A stretch of 63,979 nt of DNA, filler included, from Malassezia furfur (lineage: Eukaryota), in the NCBI GenBank assembly GCA_052055015.1. It is 6 parts of 6 records of this genome, joined end to end, with 100 filler letters (N's around TTAATTAATTAA, not from the genome) between each part and the next. Parts side by side here need not be neighbours in the genome. Positions count along the whole stretch, not along the records: positions 44,481 to 55,469 come from JBQJIT010000377.1; positions 55,570 to 63,979 come from JBQJIT010000457.1; 4 more parts are not named here. The stretch is one strand, 5' to 3'. The position numbers and the translations under genes are program-made. The notes beneath the pieces are model-generated. The model worked only from the letters and a program-made list of their open reading frames with translations, was not told the DNA's origin and searched no databases. Positions within the stretch are counted from its first letter, which is position 1, and every line of letters begins with the position of its first letter. Below are positions 46,409 through 56,149 of this stretch, piece by piece.

Positions 46409-46982
46409 GGTGTGCCAAGTAGTACCTTGCCTAGGCACACGTCCGTGCACGTCCACACCTTGCTGCTGCGGTAACTGTCTTTAGCGTCACGCACGCATCC
46501 ATCATTGGACCGCTCCACCGAGATCCGCCGACAGAGGAGCAGTCCACCCCGCTTGAAACGCCTAGGTGCGTGAAAGTCCGCACATCGATGTACAAAGCTC
46601 TTTGCGCTGCGCTGTAATTTGCTCGCTCGTCTTTCGTCGCACGGCGCTACCGCAGTTTTGCCCGAATGCAACCTACTTTCGCCGCTGTTTGAAGCGTGGA
46701 GCGCCTATTCTCACCAATCAGTGCGCGGGAATTCGACTATGCATTCCACGTGCTTCTATATGCGCGCTTCGTCACGATGACAAACGAATTAAACAATGTG
46801 CCGAATCTCAGCGACACATGCAGTGCAGATACTGGAGCGAGGTGCCTCGGAGCGCCGCAAGTGGTGCACCGGCGATGTCACAATTCGGAACCGGTAGTGG
46901 TACACGAATAGAAACTGCAAACGTTTAAAAGAACCGGTCCTGCGCATCGTAGCTTTCTTCCATACTCTAGCACCTTTACATC

Positions 46983-47834
46983 ATGCCTGTCGAAAAAGTT
47001 GAAGCCAAAGGTCTGCTGTTTGACATGGATGGCGTACGTACTGGGCACTCGTGGATCCGAGGCTAACCTGTTCAGACCCTGATCAGCTCTACCGCCGCGC
47101 TTAGCGCTGTGTGGGTTGAGTTCTGCCAGCAATACGACATGGACCTTGAGGACCTCGTACGTATCCTAGTCCGTGCATGGGCCCACTAACCTTAGCTCAA
47201 AAACTCGCACGGCAAGCGTACCGTCGAGAACCTGAAGGAGCGCCTTCCGGAGCTTTCGGATGAAAAGGCGAACGCCGAGGCGGTGCGCTTCGAGGAGCGC
47301 ATCATTGAAATCTCCGACGAGAACCGCGCCAAGGCCAACGAGGAGCCCACCTCGGAGGACCCCAAGGGCACCATTGTGGGCCTGCCCGGCGTCAAGGAGC
47401 TCCTTACCCAAATCAACGCGGGCGCCAACCAGGGCGAACGCGGCTCTGGCTGGGCGATTGTGACGAGCGCCACGGGTGACTATGCGCGCCGCGCCTTCCT
47501 GTCCACCGGTGTCGCGCCGGAGCCCAAGGTGTTTATCTCGTCGGACGACGTAACTGCCGGCAAGCCCCACCCGCAGCCGTACCAGACGGGTGCGAAGGTG
47601 AGCGACTTCGATATCAAGGATACCATTGTCGTCGAAGATGCACCTGCCGGTGTGCTGAGCGGCAAGCGCGCTGGCGCGCGTGTCCTCGGCCTCCAGACGA
47701 CCCACGACGGCCGCCGTATGTGGGAGAACGGCGCGGACTGGGTGGTCCAAGACCTGTCCAAGGTCTCGGCGGCCTGGGAGGGTGACAAGCTGATCCTCAC
47801 GATTGATTCGGAGGAGAAGCCCAAGGATCTGTAA
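46983..47834 (+). CDS. HAD-family phosphatase, paralog 2; introns 47034..47075 (42 nt), 47157..47195 (39 nt)
   Basis: Spliced LFDMDGTLISS, HGKRT, LPGVK, WAIVTSAT, GKPHPQPY and VVEDAPAG. Confidence 0.88.
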
Positions 47835-47940
47835 TTCCGAGTCCCTCATTTGTGATGTCCTTTGGCGTGCCTCTTGCACGCCGTTACATTATTCACGTAC
47901 CATGTCATGCTAGAACAGTAGCGTTTTCCGCCTACGGATT

Positions 47941-49251
47941 CTAATTCCCGAGCAGTACACCCACGGCACCTTCGACGCTGCCGCCGCTCAAGAGCAGCGC
48001 ACGGATGTTCGCGTTGGCGTCATAAAATCCCATCCCCTGAAGCTGCTCCAGCTGCGTAGCGAAGCGCTCCTCGGGCGGACGGTTGTCGGCGGGCGCAGCG
48101 CTGCCGCCCAGGCCGCCCAGGCCCGCCAGGGGATTGCCACCGGCCTGTCCCAAGAGCTGCTGCAGTCTGACGGGTAAGTGACGCATCAACGTACTGGGCC
48201 AAGTTCTGCAGCGGGTTGCCGCCCTCGGCGCCGGCGCCCCCGCCGAGCGCGCCGAGGCCACCGAGGCCACCCAGACCGCCGAGGCCACCCAAGCCGCCAA
48301 GGCCGCCGAGGCCCGCGAGGGGGTTGGCGCCGGCCCCAGAGCGTGCGTCACCGGTGTTCTGCGTATTCTGATTGCCCTCGGTGTTGTTGTTCTGGCCAAA
48401 GGCGCCGGGCGGAGGCCATGCAGCGCCCGGTGCGCCGAGGCCGCCAAGGGTCTGCGACAGCTGCGCCATGCGCTGGATCGATTCAGGGTTCGTGAGCATC
48501 TCGCGGAAATGTTCCGAGCGCACTGTGTGAGTGTGGCAACGTACACATTTCTCGCATCTGGGGCGCCATTGCCTGCATCTGCGGGTTGCTCGCAATGATC
48601 TGGTCGACCACCTCGGGCTGCGCAAGCATTTCCCGCATGTGCCGCAGGAACTCGGGGTTCTGCATCATGCCCAGCATCACGTTTGGATCGCGCGGGTTCA
48701 TTCCGCCAAAGTTGCCAAACATGCCGCCCGCGTCGTTCATAAGGCTGGCCATGTGGGGCCCGGCGTAGTCGGCCCGGTTGAGAGCCGAGAGAGGGTTGTT
48801 GGTGAACTGCTGGCCCGCCGAAAAGCTCGACGGGATCCCCTGCGACTCAGCCGCACGCGACGCCGACTCGGTCGAGGGTGGGTTCGGTGCCGCACTTGTT
48901 GCCCCGCCGCTGCCACTGTTCGACTCAGCCGGCCGCGCTGCCGAGCGCACCATGTGGACGGTGTCTGCGTGAGTGGCGCGTGCAACGTACGTCCATTCTG
49001 CACCTTGTATGACTCGAGCGTCTCTGGGTCCTTGAGCACCTTGCCACTGTAGATGAGGCGCTGGCTGTGCGTTAGCGCATTGCCGCCTCCCTAGCTTACC
49101 TGGCCACCGGGAAATTCTTATCGGCTTCCTCGATTTTTTGCTTTAGCTGCAGCACAGTCATGTCGAGACTGACATGTACCGTGAGTTTGAGCGCGTTCGG
49201 TCCCTTGACCGTCAGCGAGACGTCCGCGTCGCCCATTTCCGCGCTTGACAT
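47941..49251 (-). CDS. DSK2: Ubiquilin Dsk2 (UBL-STI1-UBA); introns 49065..49099, 48965..48990, 48523..48544, 48167..48194
   Basis: UBL QRLIYSGKVLKD...GHTVHMV, STI1 MMQNP/IIASNP, UBA PPEERFATQLEQLQGMGF. Confidence 0.92.
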
Positions 49252-49470
49252 CGTCAATGGAATGCGGAGACCAGCGCATGGACGGTGCACCCTCGGCCGA
49301 GGGACGTGCCGGCACCCCCGCGCACCACCCTGCACGGACGCCTGCGACACGCGCCGGGTCGAGGCGCGTACGCCACTCGCTGCGCACAGCGAACCACCCG
49401 CACGCGCACGCGCGCGCACACACACGACGCATCCGTCGGATGTAAGACAATTTCGCTCATCACCGTCTAT

Positions 49471-50278
49471 CTAGTCCCGCTTGAGCGGGCGGTGGATGAC
49501 CATACATGCGCCCGACGTGTACGAGTCCTCCCCACCAACGGCTTCGACCGCACCCATCGCGGCAAGGTCAATGTCCGCAGCACGCGGACCACTTGCGTCT
49601 CCGTCGCTTTTTGGTGCCAGCGAGCGCACGACAAAAATGTCAAGGCCATCGCCGACTTCGATATGGCGCTCGGTCGCGGAGGTGAAGGAGTCCAGGGTGA
49701 TTTTCAGCGTTTCTTCGAGCGGCAAGTGCCCCGGTGCAGGGATTTCACGGCCAGGAGTCGCGTTCTGGTTCTTGAACAACACCTGGTTGTCCAAGAACGG
49801 CTGGATCAGCCCCTCGGCTGCCCCCGCCGCATTGCACACGAGGCGCTCGACGGTGCCGACGGGGTCGTAGCTGAACACCGCGCCGCGGCCTTGCTCATCG
49901 ATCCCTCCCAGGATGTTGTGAACATAGTAGGGGAAGAACCGCTTGCTGTACAGAATCGTCGAAAGCATGCGTGCGATGGAATGCAGGGGCATCGAGCGAT
50001 TGTGCTGGTATTGGTACAGTTCCAGACGCTGCCGAACACGAGACACCAAAGCCTCGGCATCAGCTGCGAACCCGTCCGTGGCAAGCGTCGCCTTGTCGGT
50101 TCTGTGGTGAGCGGCTTTGTACGTACAGACGAAACACTTTGGGCTTGTGCCGGGTTTGGATATTGTATCCCTCGCTCTGGCGCGTGTCACCGGCAATCAC
50201 GCAGTAGTCCTCGCCGTGAATGGCAAGGATGGAGCCGCCATTCGATGTATATGGGTTGAATTGGTGACCGACGGGCAT
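49471..50278 (-). CDS. PRE7: 20S proteasome beta6 subunit; intron 50102..50126 (25 nt)
   Basis: FNPYTSNGGSILAI, AGDTRQSEGY, LYSKRFFPYY, QPFLDNQV, SATERHIEVGDG and terminal LKRD. Confidence 0.95.
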
Positions 50279-50641
50279 GGCAGCTGCTTGGCTTCCGAGC
50301 ACACTGGCCGACGTGAGCTACGACGCGCGGCGCCCGCGTGGCCCAGATCACCAAGCACGTGACCTACAACTGGTGCCCTGTGCGTCGCCGGCACCTAGAG
50401 GACAGTGGGGGTGGTGGCACCAGGCGGCGGGCGCCGTCGGACCGCGAGCGCGGGCGAAACCAAGTCAGGGCATCATGGGTCGATGAATTTATACGGCATG
50501 TATGAGGGGGGGTACAAACAGGCCTCCTCGGTACGCGCGTCGTAGGCGGCCCTTGCGGATCCACATGGGGGCCTCACCACGTCCTGGCCGGAGGGAGGGG
50601 GGAGCTGCCGTACCATCTGTACACATCGGATGTCATGCCAC

Positions 50642-52530
50642 TTAACGCGGATCGGGCGAAGGTTGATGGTGGTTTTCGCCGTTATGCTCGAGCGCCTCCT
50701 TGATCATGCTCACCGTCGATTCGATAGATCGCCGGCGGTTCGAGGGCGACGACATGGTCGTTCCCAGGGAGCTCGTCCGCGAATGGCCACGGCGGTGCGA
50801 AGAGGGCATGCGTGGCTCCAGCACGGGCGTTGACCTCCCCGACGAGCTGGGAGAGGCGAGCTCGACGCGCGAGCCCACCGGCATGTTGGACATCGATCCG
50901 GAGATGTTGGCGTCGATGAGCTGCGGCGGCAGGCGCTCGTTTTCAATGTCCACCTTACGTGCCTCGTCAAAGGTCTGAATGGCGTTTTTGATGCCCTCCG
51001 AGCCGAGAGCCAGCGTCCCATAGGGTAACTTTCCGGTGCCCGAAGCCACCTTGAGCTCTGACACACGCTCTGCCTCCTCACGGAGTACGGAGAAGACGCG
51101 CGACATGCGTCCCACTGCGAGGATCTTGTTTTTGATGACCGAACGGCGCTCGAGGAAGTCGTCGCTCTGATCGGCATAACCGGCCCCCGTGATTGCCGGT
51201 ACGGGACTGGGCCTCGACGGCGTTTCTTGCTCCAACAGGAGAGAGTTGTCCTCTTCCTCAGCCTCCTCGAGCTCCTCTTTGCTGCAGATGTTCAGGATGG
51301 CCATCAGCATGTCGGTCACCTTTTCACCCACAAAGGGCAGACTCCATGTGAACACGTCCATGAAGTTGGGCAGCCAGTAGGGGTGCGGTGTACAGTTGAA
51401 CTGGCGGATGTTCATCACATTGTTTTCGTATTTGAGCACGGCGGCCTTGTTGTTGTACACATCAAGGTAGTTAGGAGCCGAGAAAATGGTCATCACCGAC
51501 GGGAATCCGGTCACTTTTGTCTTGCGGTACATGCGGTAGCCTGCGTCTTGCGCCTCATGCGCGCGGATGATGGAGAGCAGATTGTTTCGCTCCAGGAACT
51601 GGCAGGCGGCGTTGTACGTGAAGAAGTAAGAGCAGCCACGCACATGGTTGTGCATAAAGCTCTCGTTTGTCTTTTCCTGGCCAAACTCTTCCAGCGGGTC
51701 GGCCCAGAGCAAGTCGCAGATGAGCCCATGCGTCGGCGGCTCACGGAAGCGATTGACCGCGCGCAGGTCGTCAAGCGTCTGCAGCTCAGGCGAGAGACCG
51801 CCGTGGATGCACAGGAACTGCTTGTTCATCACCGCACCGAGCGGTAGTGCGCAGAACGACTCCATGCACAGGTCGTAAATCTCTTCCGAGTACTTGTGCT
51901 TGCACTCCAGCTTGAACGTGAAGTAGTCGGTCAAATGCCGACACTCGTGGTTGCCGCGCAGCAAGAACAGCGAGTTGGGGTACCACAGCTTCAACGTCCA
52001 CAAATACAATACGCACTGGGTTAGCCACCGTCGCAACGTACCTCGATGGAGAAGTAGCCACGATCGACATAGTCGCCGAGGAACAGGTAGCGTGTATCCG
52101 CCGGGTTCCCGCCCACCTCAAACAACTTCATCAGGTCATAGTACTGCCCATGAATGTCGCCACACACAGTGATGGGCGCATCGAGTTCAAGAAGGTTGGG
52201 CTCTGCACGCAGCAATTCGGTGGCTTTGGTGAGGATATACTTGGCCTGGTCATCGGTCAGTCGACCCTCACGGTAGAAATGGTTCTTGAGGAACTGTGCA
52301 TCGGGCTTGGTCGGGTCCTTCTTGCTCCAGAACTGCTCAGGCGTGGGTTTATGGAAGGCGGGCGCTTGCACGTCGCGAATCACGCGCTCGCGGGTCGAGA
52401 CTTGTTCGCCATCTTCAGTCGTGTGTATGGTGAAGTCAATGTCTGGAACAGGTCCCTTGTGGGTGATCTGTCCCAGCGCATTGTGTATGCGCTGACGCCT
52501 TTGCATCGTCTCCGCGTGCGCGTCGCTCAT
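50642..52530 (-). CDS. CNA1: Calcineurin catalytic A subunit; intron 52016..52041 (26 nt)
   Basis: [40 protein letters not shown], calmodulin-binding [15 protein letters not shown] and autoinhibitory [16 protein letters not shown]. Confidence 0.96.
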
Positions 52531-52606
52531 CGGAAGCTGCACTGCGCACTGCTAGACGCAAAGTAAAGCCCGTGGGCCACGGCCTTACGTAATCTATGGG
52601 ACGACC

Positions 52607-53245
52607 CTAAAGTTCCATCATGTCCTCGTCGTGGCGCTCGTCCCCAGAAGCCGTGCGCTCAGCTGTCTCTTGCGCCTGCTGCCATGCAGGAGGACGCCAG
52701 GGTACAAGCGACTGGACCTGCGTTGCATTTTCTGCCAGCGACTTGTCCTGCGCGGAGGCGAGCCATTTCGGTACCGCCTCTTTTCTGGGCCTAGACGCCT
52801 TGCTCAGTCGCTCGGCGACATAGGGGTTGATGTCATAATATACATAGCTCTCCTCCGGATCCAACTCTTCCTCAGAGTCGTCCAGCGAATGCACGTACAC
52901 GCGGTCCGGTGAAATCTCGTAAGAGCTTCCTGCCGCCATGTCTGTATCTGGCTCCTCCACCGTGCACACAGGCTCGTTCAGGCTCATCTCATGCAGCGGC
53001 CTACCAAGCTCGCCTTCAATGTGCCGCCGCTTGTGCTGTGGCGGTCGCGTTTCGGGTGCAGGGCTCGTCACCCGCACGCGGGGAAGTGCGGGGTTCTGTG
53101 CGTTCCACAGCGATGGATCGATAAGCTCCGCATCCTCATCGTCGTCTTCACTATCTTCCGCCTCATCTGGACCCCACCAGTCGACGTTTCGGCGCTTGCC
53201 CAGCGCCGCGTCATGCTTGCGCTTCCGCGAGCCGCCCTCGCTCAT
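52607..53245 (-). CDS. Hypothetical acidic protein with NLS-like motifs
   Basis: 212-aa frame (MSEGGSRKRKH...LVPWRPP...DMMEL) filling the gap between CNA1 and MTC1. Confidence 0.55.
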   Translation of the reverse strand: MSEGGSRKRKHDAALGKRRNVDWWGPDEAEDSEDDDEDAELIDPSLWNAQNPALPRVRVTSPAPETRPPQHKRRHIEGELGRPLHEMSLNEPVCTVEEPDTDMAAGSSYEISPDRVYVHSLDDSEEELDPEESYVYYDINPYVAERLSKASRPRKEAVPKWLASAQDKSLAENATQVQSLVPWRPPAWQQAQETAERTASGDERHDEDMMEL

Positions 53246-53295
53246 CGAGGCATGTTCCTTGCTGCTTTCAGGCACGTGACCGCGGTCAGACCACC

Positions 53296-54872
53296 ATGGC
53301 CTCCCAGCGCAAACAGGACGTGGACGCGTTGCTCGCGGACCTATCGTTCGAATCAAAGCCCCGTACGGCCAGCGTATCGCCTAGGTCAACGCAACCGCGT
53401 GCACAGGCAAAGGGCGAGGATGTTCAAAGCTTGCTGGATGACCTCGAGGGGCTCGTGCAGCGTCGTCGCTCTCACGGTGAAGCGCGCGAAGCTTCGGCCG
53501 CTGTATCCGCGCAGGCCAACGCAGAACGCCCCTTGTCAGGGAAGCAGACGCCCAATGTCTCCGGTGTACGCACGCCAAGCATGACTGGCCCGCGCACGCC
53601 CAGCCTCTCGAGCACGCGTGTACCAAGCCGGTTCGCGAGCCCCACACCGGCCTCGAGTGACCGCGCATCCCAGGACTCCTTCCAGCCTCCTGCAGCGCAG
53701 GTGGCTTCGACAGTGCCACAGGCCACGCCTGTGGCCACTGCTCAAGAATCCAGTACAGAATCGGCGCCGTCGTCAAGTGCAGCGAGGCCCACCGAAAGCA
53801 TGCCGGCGGACTCGACGCTGTCATCGTGGGGCCAATGGGGCGGCAGTTGGTTCTCGAATGCGACACGCATTGCTGACCAGGCACGGCATGAACTAGAGCG
53901 ACGCGCCGCAGCTGTTGTGCAAAAAGCCCCTCCTATGGAGTCGGGCGTGCAACAACCCATTCAGGATATCGGGAACCGATTTGCAGAGCGCTTCCGTGGG
54001 CTAGTCAAGGATGCCGGCTTGGACTCGCTCGGCCAAAACCTCACTGCGGCAGGGCGTCGTGGGTGGTCGGACATTGTGAATGCAGTGGCCCCCCCTATGG
54101 AGGCGCACGAGTCGGTGGATGTGACTCTCAGTCATGGTACGTTGTGCATACTCCATCTCATCCAGACATGCTCGGCTACGACGGCATCGAGTCGCTTGCC
54201 TTCAAGGTGCTTTCCCGCATCCTGCAACAGGCCGATATCACACAGGTGGACGTACACACCGTGTCTTCTGAAAAGGCGGCGGCGCAGGATGATCAGCCGG
54301 CGCAGGCATTGCACGTCGCTGCCAGCCGGAGCGAGGGCATTGCACAGGCCAAGGTTCGTTGCGCTTCGACTGACACACAGGCGGCGATTGTGCCCTTGTC
54401 CAGCAACGTTCCCGCTCGATCTTCGACACAACAGGAAAACACACTGACCGTGCCTGACTCGACATGCCCAATTGTGCTGCGCCTGCAGCCATTCTATGAG
54501 TCGGCAGTGCCGCACGATGCGGACCTCTTTGGCGAGGCGCCGACGTCCACCACGGGCGCACCTGTCGATACCAACCGGGGCGTATCCTTCCTGGTGTGGT
54601 GGGTGGACCCCACGTACCGCCTAAGCCATGCAACGATCAGCCAGGCGATTCCGGCATGGTGGTGTACGTGTCACTATGCTGACCCAGTGACAGTGCCGTT
54701 GGAACACAACGTGTGGGTGGAGCAGGCCATGTGTGATGCCATTGAAGGCGCATTTGCCGTTGTCGCACAAGTAAGTTGGGACCGTCGCGGTGTACTGACG
54801 GTACAGGATTACGTGCAGAGCCGACTGGCTACATTCAAGCAAGCTATCTCAGCAGCTCAGAATAGCGGGTGA
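53296..54872 (+). CDS. MTC1: Maintenance of telomere capping protein Mtc1; introns 54137..54165, 54354..54380, 54664..54687, 54771..54806
   Basis: N-terminal LLDDL motifs, WGGSWFS, spliced IVNAVAPPMEAHE...LSHDMLGYDGIE, LRLQPF, SQAIP.WW and AQDYV..R. Confidence 0.8.
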
Positions 54873-54924
54873 ATCTGCCTCGGCAGCGGCTACACAGCAT
54901 ATTGACTGTAGTGCACGTTCTTGT

Positions 54925-55164
54925 TTACTTCACCTTGTCGTAAAGCTCGCAAGAGAGGAACTTCTCGCCGTTGATATAGTAGAAGACCTCGACCTGGCGT
55001 TAGTATGGCGAATCTGCTTTCCGGTACGTACGCCGCCGCCGATCTTGGGCTCGATCTTCTCAATCTTGCCCTCCTTCAGGTCGCCGCCGAAGGGGCGGTC
55101 TGTTGTTAGTATGTCGTGTATCGTCCAACGTACACTGCACAACATCACCCTCCTGGTAGAACAT
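54925..55164 (-). CDS. 55-aa Tudor/SH3-like microprotein (possibly Hva1-TUDOR related); introns 55100..55133 (34 nt), 54994..55031 (38 nt)
   Basis: Both introns are GTACGT...TACTAAC...CAG. Exons of 31+68+69 nt give MFYQEGDVVQYRPFGGDLKEGKIEKIEPKIGGGVEVFYYINGEKFLSCELYDKVK*, with strongly C/G-ending codons. Confidence 0.8.
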
Positions 55165-55469
55165 CGTTGTCAAGTCAAAGTTGGAAGCAAGACGCACGGG
55201 CGGGGATGTTCGGGCCAGTCGACACGTGGGCAAATCCGTAATTATTTTGAACCCGCGCCCGCAGCTACGCCCTGATCTCACAGTCTAGCCCTGACCTCGC
55301 ATGAATGGAAGCGGCAGAGATTTAAACTATAGCTTCATGCTATGCACATAGTTATACAACCAGTAGGTAGAACAAGCAGTGAGGGCACCAGGCATCCAGG
55401 CGGCGGGAAATGCAAAGGACGGGTGAATACACCTGAATGGTATAAGCACACGGCCACCTGGACCGTCAC

Positions 55470-55569
55470 NNNNNNNNNNNNNNNNNNNNNNNNNNNNNNN
55501 NNNNNNNNNNNNNTTAATTAATTAANNNNNNNNNNNNNNNNNNNNNNNNNNNNNNNNNNNNNNNNNNNN
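55470..55569. other. Artificial contig linker
   Basis: N44-TTAATTAATTAA-N44. Confidence 0.99.
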
Positions 55570-56149
55570 TCGAGCGGCTCGACAAGGAAAACCCGCTGCT
55601 GGGCTCGACCCAGGAGAGGCGCGCACGCTTCTTCAAGGTACGCGGCGCATGACTGACGCAGCAACCACAGACGGAGCAGGAGTAGAGCAATTCTCTTCGT
55701 TATCAATGGACTAACGCAACGTGTGTGAAGGTCGAGTGCGCCAAGCCGTCAGATGCAGGACCCTGTCACTCGGTATGGGTGGGGGCATGACTCAGGCCAC
55801 GCACGACCGTCTTGGCGTGTGCCGTACGCTGGTCAGACGCCGATGCGGTCAAGGCAAAACATGGTCAGGTAGGCCGGCAGGGTCAGACGAGCTGCATGGT
55901 CCGAGTGCCCAGACGACATGGACGGGCAGCTGCCTCCTTCGTAGGACGCAGTCTACGTAGTTGTACCTGTCAGGTTCACGAGAGAGTGCTACGGCGTGTC
56001 ATTGTCGGCCACGACCATGCCCACGGATGGCCAATGGGCGTCCTGCAATTTCCAAAATTCGCCCAATTTCGCTAAGCTGTCCAGCTGTTGCCCGGGGGGT
56101 GCGAGGGGGTCTTTGCACTGGACAAGTCCAGATGCCACTGCCTACCTAT

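Noticed and set aside
50408..50420. GGTGGC resembling an Rpn4/PACE site upstream of PRE7
   Set aside because: It does not match the full GGTGGCAAA, and the hexamer is common in GC-rich DNA.
11049..55569. Five identical TTAATTAATTAA elements flanked by Ns at about 11-kb spacing
   Set aside because: Artificial six-frame-stop linkers between size-sorted contigs (11016, 11015, 11001, 10989 nt). Not a biological repeat, and no gene cluster can be inferred across them.
55570..56149. Short ORFs at the start of the last contig
   Set aside because: No codon bias, domain or convincing splice pattern; treated as intergenic/UTR.
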